64,000 nucleotides of DNA from an uncultured delta proteobacterium (GTDB taxonomy: Bacteria > Desulfobacterota > Binatia > JACPRU01). The stretch lies in contig CAVUWD010000013.1 of NCBI GenBank assembly GCA_963745025.1, positions 96,001-160,000 on the forward strand. The letters are read 5' to 3'. Below are positions 9,702 to 20,251 of this stretch, piece after piece (position 1 is the first letter of the stretch; each line of letters opens with the position of its first letter). A model generated the notes under the pieces. That model saw only the letters and a program-made list of their open reading frames with translations. It was not told the origin of the DNA and ran no database searches. The position numbers and the translations under genes were made by a program.

Positions 9702-11322
9702 GCCCAATGATCGCCGTGGGCTCGGTATGCGCGATCCAGTTCTCGGGTCTGTCGCCATAGACGCTGTTCAGACGCGCGCGGATGCGCGCCACGCAGTGCG
9801 AGCTGAGGATCCAGGCACCGGGCGCGGGAGGAGCGAGCGCGTCGTCGCTCGAGACCAACGTGACGCCGAGGTCGTAATGGGATGCGTTGAAGGGGGTGAC
9901 GACGTTGCAGAGGCGCGCATCCTTGCGAGGATGGCGAGACAAATAGTCACGAAGCTCGATGAAGCCCTGACCCCAATCGACGTTCGAGTCGTCGACCCAT
10001 GCGATCCCTCCGCGCCATCCGCCGGCGATCTCGTTGAAGTAGGAAAGGTGGTCGGGCCAGATCGAGACGAATTCCGCAACCTGCCAAGTGACGAGCAGCC
10101 CCAGTAGCAGGGCGAGGCTCCGCGTCATCGCCGCCAAGCGCATGCCGAGCCGGCCCACGAAGATGTAGAGGAAGGGAAAGCACGGGATCAGATAGCGAAT
10201 GCCGATCGGATGCGCGAACGCCGTGCTGGCCGCGAACAGAGCGACGGGAGGAAGGATGAGCGCCGCCTCGTCGAACCAGGTCCGTCGGTGACCGTAGAAG
10301 AAGACGACCACTGCGGCTCCGGAGAGCAGGAGGAAGGGGATCGGCGCTTTGATGAGCCAGGCGACGAGAAAGTAGGAGGGCCAAGGCGTCTTACTGAATT
10401 CACCGAGGAAGAAGTAGGAGTACCTCGGATACTTGTCGCCGTAGAGGGATCTCATGCCGTGCCAATAGAAGAGGGGATCGGGAGTGAACAGGTAGACGGC
10501 CCAGACAATCGTGCAGGCGACGAAGGCCATCAGGCCGAACGCCGAGATTCCACCTGGTATGCGAAGCGAATGCTTTGCGGACGCCGGGTTCAGGTCCGCC
10601 TCCGTAGATTGTTCCGTCCAGGCGTAGATGAGAACGAGGAGAACGGCGACGGGCAAGAGCACGACCGCGGAAAACTTGGTCGCCAGCGCCAGCCCGAGGC
10701 CGAGCCCTGCGCGGATTGCCCGGCCCCTGCTCGGCGCCCGCAGAAAGCCGCGAAGCCAGTAGATGAAGAGAGCTCCGAAAAGCGCGCAGCCGACGTCGGT
10801 GGTGACGAGCTGGGCGTGGGCGACGACCGTCGGATCGAACACGTAGCAGAAGAGCGAGAGAAGTCCCCCAGCCGTTCCCCAGAGCTCGGTCGACCAGCGG
10901 AGGATGAGAATTGCGAGCGTAAAGGACAGCAGTACGGCCGGGAGGCGGGACCAAAAGAGCACCCGCTCGACGTCGACCGTGGAAAAGAAATCCTCTCCGA
11001 ACTTCCATTGATAACGAATGTCGCGGCCCATCTCACGAATCGTCTTTTCCTCTACCGGCAGTCGAAGATCCATGAACAGCAGCGGCAGAGCGCAAATCTC
11101 CTTGATGAGCGGCGGATGCATCGGGTTGAGCGTGATGCGGCCGGTCTTGAGATAAGAGTAGCCAGCGGGGATGTGAACGATCTCGTCGCTGGTCACCGAC
11201 TTGCCCATCATGAGCACGAGCGGCAGCCCGAGGGCGAGGACCAGGAGCGCGGACCGGGCGACGCGGGCCGCGGAGGCAGCCGAGGCGGAACCAGCGACAG
11301 GACTCTCTTTGGAAGGATGCAT
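9670..11322 (-). CDS. ArnT/PMT-like GT-C glycosyltransferase
   Basis: SVTSDEIVHIPAG after TM1, HPPL, AHAQLVTTD, TKFS, YFNEIAGG, DSNVDWGQ; ATG 11322. Confidence 0.8.
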   Translation of the reverse strand: MHPSKESPVAGSASAASAARVARSALLVLALGLPLVLMMGKSVTSDEIVHIPAGYSYLKTGRITLNPMHPPLIKEICALPLLFMDLRLPVEEKTIREMGRDIRYQWKFGEDFFSTVDVERVLFWSRLPAVLLSFTLAILILRWSTELWGTAGGLLSLFCYVFDPTVVAHAQLVTTDVGCALFGALFIYWLRGFLRAPSRGRAIRAGLGLGLALATKFSAVVLLPVAVLLVLIYAWTEQSTEADLNPASAKHSLRIPGGISAFGLMAFVACTIVWAVYLFTPDPLFYWHGMRSLYGDKYPRYSYFFLGEFSKTPWPSYFLVAWLIKAPIPFLLLSGAAVVVFFYGHRRTWFDEAALILPPVALFAASTAFAHPIGIRYLIPCFPFLYIFVGRLGMRLAAMTRSLALLLGLLVTWQVAEFVSIWPDHLSYFNEIAGGWRGGIAWVDDSNVDWGQGFIELRDYLSRHPRKDARLCNVVTPFNASHYDLGVTLVSSDDALAPPAPGAWILSSHCVARIRARLNSVYGDRPENWIAHTEPTAIIGHVYYVYDIPG

Positions 11323-11329
11323 CCGCGCC

Positions 11330-12928
11330 TCACGAAGCCCGAAGGCGCAACAGACGCAACGTAGGCGTGATGTCGGCGCTCGCTTCGGGGCGGAAGCTTT
11401 GGAAGAAAGCCCGCCGAGCGGAACCCGAGAGGCCGTGCCTGCGCGAGAAGTGCTCGTCGAGCGCCTCGTCGAGAACCTCGGACAGAAGGTAGGCGCCGCC
11501 GTCGGACGAGAGTTGGCGGATGCGGTCGCCGAGCGCCGCCAGCGCACGCTCCGGTGGCGCCGTCTTGTCGGCGAACTGGAAGTCGAGAACGATCATCCGG
11601 CGCCGCGCGATGTACGGCACGTACGCCTTGAGCTCGGAATATTGCCCTTCTCCGGAGATGATCACCGTGGCGTCCGGCTCGGTGCGCGCGCCGATTGCTT
11701 CGGCGATGGGCAAGAAACGGTTGCTCGTGGGCACGATCTCGCTCTGGAATGGCCCGCCGAAGAGTGCGAGCGCGACCAGAGCCGGGGCCCACCAGGCAAC
11801 GCCGAGCGGCCGCATCATTGCTCCCCGGCCAAGCCGGGCGGCACCGACGGCGGCGAGCAAGCACCAGGCGGGCAGGGCCATCACCCAGAAGTGCACGTTG
11901 CCGACATCCCACCAAGTGAAGACCGCGGCGTGCAGCATCAGCCAGAAAACCAGTGATTCGCGCAGGATCGCCCACTCTCTCCGCTCGGCGGCGGTCTGGT
12001 TGCGCAAGGCAGCGGCGATCGCGGAGAGGAGCACAGGGACGGCGACGTAAGACGCTGCCTTCCATAGCACGCTCGCCGCGCCGGGCTGGTCCGGTGGATG
12101 GCCGACGAACATCGCGAGCCAGGCACGCGCACTGGCCAGTAGGTTCGAGGGAGCGAACGAACCGTACTCGACGTAGTAGCCGGTGCGCGGGTCCGGGCCG
12201 AAATAGAAGAACAGCCAGGAGAAGAATTGCCGAGGCGTGTGCACGCCGAGGATGGTGGCGGCAGAGATCACGTAGGCGGAGACGGTCAGCAGAGCTGCGA
12301 TCCCCACGAACGCCAGACAAGGGGTCCAACGCCGCGAGGATGGGGCGCCGCGCCAGACGAGCCACAGAGCAGCCGGTGCGAAGACGGCCGTCGTTTCGTG
12401 CATGAGAAGACTGAGAGCCTGTAGGCCGCCCATCACTGCGGGCAGCGCCAGCGAGCTCGAAGAGCGAAGGTAGCGCACTGCGACTGCCAGCTCGGCAATG
12501 AGGCTGACCGTGGCCGCCATCGTGGTGTCGCCCGTGGTCGCGAAGTGCCAGTAGCCGTAGCTGAAGCCGAGCAGCACCGAGCCGGCCAGAGCAGCCGCGG
12601 ACGGAAGCCCGATGTCGCGCAGCACGCCATAGAAGAGGCGGAGGCCGAGCGTCGCGAGCAGCGATGACAACCATTGCATCACGAGCAGGGCCCGTGGTTG
12701 CACTCCCGCTGCTGTGACTAAGCAGAAAGCCGCGTAGGCGAGGAAGTTGTAGAGCAGGTGATGCGGATGGAGTAACCACTGCGGTGATGCTCCACCCGCC
12801 ACCCCCTCCACCGCCATCGCGAAGGTCACGCCATCGAAGTAGTAGACGTAGGAAGGATACGCCAGATAGAGCGCCGCGAAGCCAAAGAGCACGCCGCGGA
12901 ACCACGGGTCGAGCCGGTCCTCGCTCAT
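11330..12928 (-). CDS. Polytopic membrane protein, probable GT-C glycosyltransferase
   Basis: Real start MSEDRLDP (12928, ATGA overlap); YYFDG, HPHHLLY, FSYGYWHFATT; about 11 TM plus soluble C-terminal domain. Confidence 0.65.
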   Translation of the reverse strand: MSEDRLDPWFRGVLFGFAALYLAYPSYVYYFDGVTFAMAVEGVAGGASPQWLLHPHHLLYNFLAYAAFCLVTAAGVQPRALLVMQWLSSLLATLGLRLFYGVLRDIGLPSAAALAGSVLLGFSYGYWHFATTGDTTMAATVSLIAELAVAVRYLRSSSSLALPAVMGGLQALSLLMHETTAVFAPAALWLVWRGAPSSRRWTPCLAFVGIAALLTVSAYVISAATILGVHTPRQFFSWLFFYFGPDPRTGYYVEYGSFAPSNLLASARAWLAMFVGHPPDQPGAASVLWKAASYVAVPVLLSAIAAALRNQTAAERREWAILRESLVFWLMLHAAVFTWWDVGNVHFWVMALPAWCLLAAVGAARLGRGAMMRPLGVAWWAPALVALALFGGPFQSEIVPTSNRFLPIAEAIGARTEPDATVIISGEGQYSELKAYVPYIARRRMIVLDFQFADKTAPPERALAALGDRIRQLSSDGGAYLLSEVLDEALDEHFSRRHGLSGSARRAFFQSFRPEASADITPTLRLLRLRAS

Positions 12929-14325
12929 CGCGCTCGCATCGGCCAGGGCAAGAGCCTTTCCGTTCCGGCCAGCTCGGCCATGAGAAATACCGACAATGGC
13001 GCCAGATGCAGGAGCAGGCGATTCGCCGTCGAGTCCATGATCTCGCCGAGCTCCCATGGCGTTATCACGTACGCGAATCCGTACGCGCCGAGCGCGAGCA
13101 CCAGCCCCGTGAGGAGGAACATGCAGTCGAATCTTGGCGAACGTGTCATGGTGATCAGGAGCACCAGTGCGAGTAGCGGCCAGAACACCAGCCAGTCCGC
13201 GAAGTCTCCAAAGTAGGTGAAAGACCGTAACGGCACTTCCCATACCCGGGAGCCGTCCTGCGCGAGGATCCTGAAGTCGATTCGCGACGCGTAGTCGATG
13301 TTCAGCTTGGGGATGGTCAGTCGGAACGACAGCCAGGGCGCTGCCAATCCGAGAGGAACCGCTACGAGCCAGGCCGATGCGGAGCGCCACCGAGATCGCA
13401 GGGGCGTCGTGGCCATGGTCACCGTCGCGGCGATCACCAAGACCACGAAGAGCCCGATGCCCTCGTTCTTCGTCAGCAGCATGCCGCAAGCGAACGGCGC
13501 CGCGATCTTCAAGTTCTGCTCGTCGCCTGATCTCAGCCAGAGATACGTGCACGCAAAAGAGGCCATCACGAAAAAACCGAAGGGAACGTCGGCCGAGAGA
13601 CGCGACGTCTGGCTCAATTGCATCGGAAGCGCGAACAACACCGCCGTGAACAGGAGAGCACGCGCTCGGTCCGCCCCGGTCCGGACGAGACCGTAGAACG
13701 CGCCGGCCACGGCGCAGAGCATCGCCGGCGTGAGCCACTTGATGGCCTGCAGGTCCGCTTTGCCCACGACCGCCCATATCCAGGCCATCGTCAGCGGCCA
13801 CAACAGGGGATAATCCAACTGAGAGTACGCCTTGGAGGGATCGACGAAGTAACTCGCGGACGAAAGAGGCTCGTGCAACAGCACCTTGGCCTTCAGGGCC
13901 CAAAAGGAGACCACGTCCCACTCGGCCAGGGGCTCGACGACGCTCGTAGCGGTCACGATGAGAAGCGTGCTTGCCAGCAGCACCGCCGCTGCACACTCGA
14001 ACCATCGAAGCCACGCGGGTGCGTCGGGAGAAGATGTCGTCTGCGAGTGCTCCAGCCAGCCGCTCGCCGCCCGCCTGCGAAAGGTGCCGACGGCTATCCA
14101 CAGGACTGCGCATTCGCCGACGCCGAGCCACCAGACCGGCTTGAAGCCAAGCAAGCTGGCGACGAACAACCACAGAGTCAACGCGACCTGGCCGAGCCCG
14201 AAGCTCAGGCCCAGGCGCGCCGGCAGTCCCCAGCGCCTGAGGTTGGAGCACAAGAGGGTCAGCGTCCCGGCGCCAACTAGCTCGATGATCGCGAGGGCGA
14301 GCCAGGAGCGGATCGCCACGGTCAT
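12925..14325 (-). CDS. Polytopic membrane protein, probable GT-C glycosyltransferase
   Basis: PLAEWDVVSFWALKAK, DYPLLWP, ADVP, TKNEG, TANRLLLH; ATG 14325 overlaps upstream stop. Confidence 0.7.
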   Translation of the reverse strand: MTVAIRSWLALAIIELVGAGTLTLLCSNLRRWGLPARLGLSFGLGQVALTLWLFVASLLGFKPVWWLGVGECAVLWIAVGTFRRRAASGWLEHSQTTSSPDAPAWLRWFECAAAVLLASTLLIVTATSVVEPLAEWDVVSFWALKAKVLLHEPLSSASYFVDPSKAYSQLDYPLLWPLTMAWIWAVVGKADLQAIKWLTPAMLCAVAGAFYGLVRTGADRARALLFTAVLFALPMQLSQTSRLSADVPFGFFVMASFACTYLWLRSGDEQNLKIAAPFACGMLLTKNEGIGLFVVLVIAATVTMATTPLRSRWRSASAWLVAVPLGLAAPWLSFRLTIPKLNIDYASRIDFRILAQDGSRVWEVPLRSFTYFGDFADWLVFWPLLALVLLITMTRSPRFDCMFLLTGLVLALGAYGFAYVITPWELGEIMDSTANRLLLHLAPLSVFLMAELAGTERLLPWPMRAR

Positions 14326-14903
14326 CGGGATATCGCCCGGGCGGAACGCAGGTCGATCAAGGTCGGGCCCTCGGGAGTCGCCTCGACGGCGTGGGTATAG
14401 CCTCGTCGAGCCAGCGTGTCTCGCTCCGCCGGGCGGAGCGGTACTGCGCTTTTCGCGAGAGTGACCGCATCTTTGATCAGCGCCGGCTCGGTGCCCACGT
14501 CGATTCGACGAGGAAACCAGAAGAACGTCGCGTAGTAATAGTAGAGGGTGGTCGGCACGTTGAGGTAGACACGAGCGTCGGCCGGCAAGTCCTTCTCCCG
14601 GTCGACGATCCACGCCCAGGCGGTGGCGACGTTGGACCGCCCGCGCTCACCCCGCTCCCGAGCCTCGTCGAGCCGTCGTCGCAACTCGACGCGGCCGGCT
14701 CGCGCCAGGAAATTTTCCCACTCGTCGGAGGCGATGAAGCCGCGCTCGACCAGAGATCCGTGCCGAAGCTTGACGAAGAGGCGCCCGTAATCGATGACGG
14801 TTCGCACGTCATAGGCGAGCATGCCTACGAGCACGGAGAAGATCGCCCATGCTACCTTGGAAACCGAGCGCTCGCTTTCGGGGATCTCTTGTCCCAAGGC
14901 CAC
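14322..14903 (-). CDS. Hypothetical protein with a single N-terminal membrane anchor
   Basis: TM VAWAIFSVLVGMLAY; YYYYATFFWFPR; translationally coupled to the downstream GT-C gene; GGAGA precedes GTG 14903. Confidence 0.6.
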   Translation of the reverse strand: MALGQEIPESERSVSKVAWAIFSVLVGMLAYDVRTVIDYGRLFVKLRHGSLVERGFIASDEWENFLARAGRVELRRRLDEARERGERGRSNVATAWAWIVDREKDLPADARVYLNVPTTLYYYYATFFWFPRRIDVGTEPALIKDAVTLAKSAVPLRPAERDTLARRGYTHAVEATPEGPTLIDLRSARAISR

Positions 14904-15020
14904 TCTCCGACATCCATTGCGGGCGTGCTTGCAGAAGCGCGTCAACGGCTAGTTCTATCGAACGCGATCATGTTCGAGGATCGTAGCCCGTCCCGCTCGC
15001 ATCGGCTCCAGCTTACCTGA

Positions 15021-16941
15021 GTGTCGCGTTCGGCTTCCAGCGCGCCTCCCGTCGACCGAACGGGAGCGGTTTCGAAGCGGCGCAAGCTGGAAGGCCTCGT
15101 GTTCGTAGGGGCTCTTCTGGCCTTCGCGTACTTCCATCAAGGCGGAGGCTGGGGCCAAAACGCACGCTTCGCGCTGGTCCGGTCGATCGTCGAGGAGGGG
15201 CGCTTCGCGATCGATTCCTACCTCGTCTATCGCGGTAGCCGCGGCCCAGGTGACTCGGCGAGGCTCTTACGTCTTCCGGTCCGGAACGGCGAATTCTCCT
15301 TCGACGGCAAGGTCTACGCGGTCGGCTGGCGAGACGCAGAAGGACAGTTGATTCCAGTGGCCTCGTCCGTCACGGCCGGCGCAACTGTCGTGCCGATCGA
15401 CACGGTTGCTTGCAGCGAGGATGTGTCCTTCCACGGAGGCCATTTCCACCCGAACAAGGCTCCCGGAACGTCATTTTTGGCGGTGCCCGGTTACTTCGCG
15501 ATCTACTGGCTCGAGCGTCTCGCCGGCAACGATCCCGACGATTGGTGGCGATTGACCGTCAATGCGTGGCTGACCTCCGTCTTGAGCGTCGGCGTTCTGT
15601 CTGCATTCGGCTGTGTTCTCTTCCTGCGCTTGTCAGGCATGATCTGGGAAGCGCAGCTCGTTCCGGCACTCCTGACCACCTTTGTCTTCGCTTATGGGAC
15701 GATGTTTCTTCCCTATGCGACCATGCTATCCGAGCACGACGTCGTTGCCGTGGCATTCATTGCTTCTGTCTATTTCCTCGTGGCTTGCCAAGACGAGCGA
15801 GACGTCGGGGTCCGTAGGCGGTCAACCCTGGTTATATATTCTCTCGGCCGGGCTTTGCGCCGGCTCCGCGGCGATCACGAACTACATCGCAGTGGCCGTG
15901 GTCGTGATGATCGGCGCCTATGTCGTGTGGGGCCTCCGAACCAAGGGCGGATGGCTCTGGTACGGCTTGGGTGTGTCGGGGCCATTGCTGTTGCTTCTCG
16001 TCTATCAGTACGTCTGCTTCGGCACCCCCTTCGCGACCAACTATGCCAGCGAGAGTCCGATGTTCCGCAGCAGCGGCGCCGCGCTGGGCGTCTTCACGCT
16101 ACCTCGCGCAGACGTTCTGTTGGTGATTTGCTTCTCGCCGTTTCGCGGCCTGTTCTTCAGCTCCCCTGTACTGTTGATGGGGCTGGCAGGCCTGGGGCGC
16201 CTGTTTCGCTGGCAGAGCCGCCGTGCAGAAGCGGCCTTGTTCGTCGCCATCATAGCTTTCTTCGTGCTGTTCAACATCTCGTTCAACGGGTGGCATGGCG
16301 GGTGGGCCACCGGCCCCCGGTATCTGGTCCCCGCCGTGCCGTTCCTCGCCGTTGGAATGGTCTTCAGCTTCCGGCGCTATTTCAAAACGACTTGCGCGCT
16401 CGCAGTCGTCTCCATCGCGATCAGCCTTCTATATACGGCAGTCGACCCGCAGTCACCGTTGGGCGTGCATCCGATCGCGCTCATCCCCGGTCGAGCCCAG
16501 TGGTCCTACAATCCTCCGGCAGAGTATGAAGCGCCGCTGTTTCTCACAGGGCAAGCCAAGCCGATCCTGCGCGCTCGGCTCGAGGCGACCTTGGACGAGC
16601 TCGACAAAGAAATGAGCGCCCAGGGTCTTGCACCGAGCGAACGTGCGGGACGGCTCGACGCGGCTCGGCGCAAGATCGACGACGAGATCGAAGCGGGCGA
16701 TCCCTCGACCTTCCTCCTTGCCTCGATGCAGGGGCCGGTGTCCGTCAACCCGATCGGTGTCTACGAGGGCTGGTTCTACCGAGTCTTTCCGCCGGGCTCG
16801 GAGGAATCCCGTTGGAACTCCTTCAACGCGGGCGAGCTCCTCTTCCCGGGCAGCCGCTGGAGCATCGTCCCGCTGTTGCTCGTATGTGGTCTGGTTGCGG
16901 CGCTCGCCGTGCGCACGGCTCGCGAAATCGACGACTCGTGA
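15021..16941 (+). CDS. Polytopic membrane protein, probable GT-C glycosyltransferase; +1 frameshift near 15807-15810
   Basis: QNARFALVRSIVEEGRFAID, NKAPGTSFLAVP, FSPFRGLFFSSP, WHGGWATGPRYLVP; ORFs 15021-16529 and 15682-16941 join by removing one G from GGGG. Confidence 0.7.
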
Positions 16942-16961
16942 CCTGTGACTGGTGATGGTGC

Positions 16962-18626
16962 TTAGGGCAGGTCGAAGATGAACATCGAGCCGACTCGGGC
17001 GACTGGACGCATGCCGCGCAGCCACACATACTCGCCCTCCGACGGGCCGGCGTGACGGCCGGGCTCGGACCAGATCGCGTAAGTCGATCCCGTCAGCGTC
17101 GACGCGGAGATCGCCGCCGGCCCGTGCGAGTCGCGAGTCAACGGCGTGAAGTGAATCCCGTAGACCCAAGGATGCACGGTGCCCATGTAGGCGAGCGCGA
17201 TGGAAGGAAGATGCTTTTCCTCCATGTATCGTGAAAGCCGAATCAGGTCCTGCCCCCAGTCGAGGTTGGAATCGGTCAGCCAGGCGTGACCGTTCGCGGG
17301 CCCACCGGCGGCTTCGTTGAAGTACTGGAGATAGCGCGGCGAGACGCGGAGCGTGCCGGCGATCAGCCAGGCGAGCGCGAGAACGCTCGCGGCCGCTCGG
17401 GCCGCCACCGCGAAGGAAGGTGGGCCGGAAAGGAAGCGGGCGATCGGCGCGGCAAATAGCGGTGAGATCAAGACGAGAAGGAGCGGCTCCGCGGCCAGCA
17501 CGTGTCGGACCCCGATGTTCAAAGGGTTGAACACGCCATTGACGACGAACACGGCGAGCGCCGCGACGAGGAGGCAATGCTCGTTTCGACGTCTGTCGCG
17601 ACGAAACGGAAGGCTCGCTAGGACGAAGATGCTCGCAAGCAGGATCGGGAGAGGGGTCTTCAGCGCGAACGCGACGAGGTGGTAGTACCACCAGCCGGTC
17701 TCGGAGAAGGTGCCGGCGAGGTAGTACGGCGTGCGCAGCGAGTCGCGGCCCGTCATCGCGAGGTCGAGGCCGGTGAGAAACGGCGCCGGCAGCGGAATCC
17801 GTAGCCATGGATAGCGAGCGTCGAGGGCGGCGACGGCCCCGCCGCTTCGCAGATCGACCTCTTGCAGGCTCCGACCGACTCCCTCGAATCCATAGCCCAG
17901 GTCGATCACGAGCGTCGCCGCGACGCAGGCCACGCAGAGACCGAGCATCAGACGAAAGGCGAGTCGCAGCCGCGGCTGCCCTTCCGCTCGCAGGACGTCG
18001 ATCGCAGCGCAGAGCAGGATGACCGCGGCGAGAAGCAGGGAGGAGAGCTTCAGCAGGAGCGCGACGCCGAAGGCGAGCCCGAGGACCGCGGCGCGCAGCA
18101 CGGATCGGCTGTCGAGGTACCGCCAGAGCGAATAGACGGTCGCGGTGAAGCCGAGGGCGCCGGCGACGTCCGTGGTCACGAGGTGACCGTGCGCGAGGAA
18201 CGATGGCGAGAACACGAAGAGCAGCAGAGCGATCACCGACGCCGCCTGGCCGTAGAGCGCGAAAGCGAAGCGGCAGACCAGCGCGCCGAGCAGGATGCTC
18301 ATCACGATCACGACGCATCGCGCGCGCACGAAGATCGTCTGGTAAGAATCGAAGTTTCGATCCATGAATTCCAGGCCCATGCCCCAGTGATTCACGTTGA
18401 AGGACGGAGCGACCACGTCCGGGCTCGGCGCGACTGCCAATGCGGGAAGCATCCGCGAGAGCGGCGGATTGATGGGGTCCGGTGTGAAGTCCCGTTGACG
18501 GACCATGTAGAGGCCGATCGGCAGGTGGACGAACTCGTCGACCGTCACCGAGTCTTCGCGGGCGGCCATGCCGGCCTGCACGGCGAAAAGCACGAGGAGC
18601 AGCCCGATCAGCGCTCGAGCGATCAT
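16962..18626 (-). CDS. ArnT/PMT-like GT-C glycosyltransferase
   Basis: Start MIARALIG (18626); SVTVDEFVHLPIG, NPPL, AHGHLVTTDV, LNIGVRH, YFNEAAGG, DSNLDWGQD. Confidence 0.8.
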   Translation of the reverse strand: MIARALIGLLLVLFAVQAGMAAREDSVTVDEFVHLPIGLYMVRQRDFTPDPINPPLSRMLPALAVAPSPDVVAPSFNVNHWGMGLEFMDRNFDSYQTIFVRARCVVIVMSILLGALVCRFAFALYGQAASVIALLLFVFSPSFLAHGHLVTTDVAGALGFTATVYSLWRYLDSRSVLRAAVLGLAFGVALLLKLSSLLLAAVILLCAAIDVLRAEGQPRLRLAFRLMLGLCVACVAATLVIDLGYGFEGVGRSLQEVDLRSGGAVAALDARYPWLRIPLPAPFLTGLDLAMTGRDSLRTPYYLAGTFSETGWWYYHLVAFALKTPLPILLASIFVLASLPFRRDRRRNEHCLLVAALAVFVVNGVFNPLNIGVRHVLAAEPLLLVLISPLFAAPIARFLSGPPSFAVAARAAASVLALAWLIAGTLRVSPRYLQYFNEAAGGPANGHAWLTDSNLDWGQDLIRLSRYMEEKHLPSIALAYMGTVHPWVYGIHFTPLTRDSHGPAAISASTLTGSTYAIWSEPGRHAGPSEGEYVWLRGMRPVARVGSMFIFDLP

Positions 18627-20251
18627 GGGCGCGGGGCGGCGGCGGGAATCTCGTAGACCCAGTAGACGTGTCCGACGATCGTCTCGGGCTCCGCGTGCCG
18701 TAACCAGTTCTGCCGGCCCTTTGCGGCGTGACTGTCGAGCCACGCACGGACGCGCCCCACGCAGTGGGAGCTCAAGATCAACGTTCCGGGCTCGGGCGGC
18801 TCGAGCAGATCGTCGAGCCAGAGGAGCTTTCCGTCGAAGCCGTAATAGACGGGATTGAACTTGCCGAAGTTGCAGAGTCGAGCGTTCGTCAACGTGCGGG
18901 TCTTCAAGTATTCGCGAAGCTCCAGGTATCCCTGCCCCCAATCGACGTTCGAATCGTCGAGCCATGCGATGCCGCCGCGCCAGCCGCCGGCGATCTGATT
19001 GAAGTACGAGAGGTGGTCCGGCCAGATCGCGGCGAACTCGGCGACGGACCAGAGCACGAGAACGCTTGCGGCGACGGCGACCATTCGCGGCGCGGCGAGC
19101 AGCGCCGGGCCGATTCGCCCCGTGAAGATGAAGACGAAGGGAAGGCACGGGATCACGTAGCGGACGCCGATCGGGTCGGCGAGAAGCGAGTAGCCGGCAA
19201 ATAGTCCGAGCAGCGGGACTGCGAGGAAGGCCTCCTCCCGCCAATCCTTCCGCCATCCGGCGATCGCGAGAGCCACGGCGGCGGCGACGAAGACGAGCTC
19301 GGGTAGCGGCGTCTTGATGAGCCACGCGACGAGAAAGTACGACTGCCAGCTTTCGTGCCGGAACTGGCCCATGAAGAAATGCAGGTAGCCGGGATCGTAG
19401 TCTCCTTTGACGTCGCGGAGCCCCCGCAAGTAGAAGAGCGGATCGGTCGGGAAGAAGTAGATCGCCCAGAGCACCACGTAGGCGACGACGCACATCGAGA
19501 GCAGCGCCGCCGCAGAGGCGACCAGGCGCGCGACGGGCTTCGCGGAAGAGAGCGCGATCGTTCCCAACAAGAGCCCGGCGAGCGGCACGAGCACCACGCA
19601 CGAAAATTTCGCGCCGAGCGCCGCACCCAGAGCGACGCCCGCCGCGAGCAGTCGCACCCGACTCGGAGCCAGCGCGAAGCGGCGGAGAAGGTAAACGAAG
19701 AGCGTCGAGAAGAGCGCGCAACCGACGTCGGTGGTGACGAGCTCGGCATGGGCCGTGATGTTCGGATCGAATACGTAGAGAAAGAGCGCGAGAAGGCCGC
19801 CGAGCGGCCCCCAGAGATCCGTCGCCCAGCGCATCACCAGCAATGCGAGGGCCAGTGACAGCAGTACCGCGGGAATGCGGCTCCAGAAGAGCACGCGCTG
19901 CACGTTTTGCCGCCATAGAAACTGCTCTCCGAACTCCCACTGGTAGGTGAAGTCCTTGCCGATGGTGCGAATGCTCGCCGCGTCGATCGGGGTCTCCAGT
20001 CCCAGGAACAAGAGCGGCAGGGCGCAGATCTCTTTCACGAGCGGCGGATGCATCGGATTGAGAACGATTTCCCGAGTGACCAGATAGGAGTACCCGGCAG
20101 GGATGTGAGCGATCTCGTCCCCGGTGATCGACTTGCCGATCATGAGGACGAACGGCAGACCGAACGCGGCCGATAGGAGCAGAACGCGGACGACGCGAAA
20201 GCGGGTGGATCGCGCTACGGCGGTGTCATTCGCTTTGCGGATGGCGGGCAT
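18623..20251 (-). CDS. ArnT/PMT-like GT-C glycosyltransferase, close paralog of 9670-11322
   Basis: Start MPAIRK (20251, TGATG overlap); KSITGDEIAHIPAGYSYL, NPMHPPLVKEICALPLL, DDSNVDWGQG. Confidence 0.8.
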   Translation of the reverse strand: MPAIRKANDTAVARSTRFRVVRVLLLSAAFGLPFVLMIGKSITGDEIAHIPAGYSYLVTREIVLNPMHPPLVKEICALPLLFLGLETPIDAASIRTIGKDFTYQWEFGEQFLWRQNVQRVLFWSRIPAVLLSLALALLVMRWATDLWGPLGGLLALFLYVFDPNITAHAELVTTDVGCALFSTLFVYLLRRFALAPSRVRLLAAGVALGAALGAKFSCVVLVPLAGLLLGTIALSSAKPVARLVASAAALLSMCVVAYVVLWAIYFFPTDPLFYLRGLRDVKGDYDPGYLHFFMGQFRHESWQSYFLVAWLIKTPLPELVFVAAAVALAIAGWRKDWREEAFLAVPLLGLFAGYSLLADPIGVRYVIPCLPFVFIFTGRIGPALLAAPRMVAVAASVLVLWSVAEFAAIWPDHLSYFNQIAGGWRGGIAWLDDSNVDWGQGYLELREYLKTRTLTNARLCNFGKFNPVYYGFDGKLLWLDDLLEPPEPGTLILSSHCVGRVRAWLDSHAAKGRQNWLRHAEPETIVGHVYWVYEIPAAAPRP

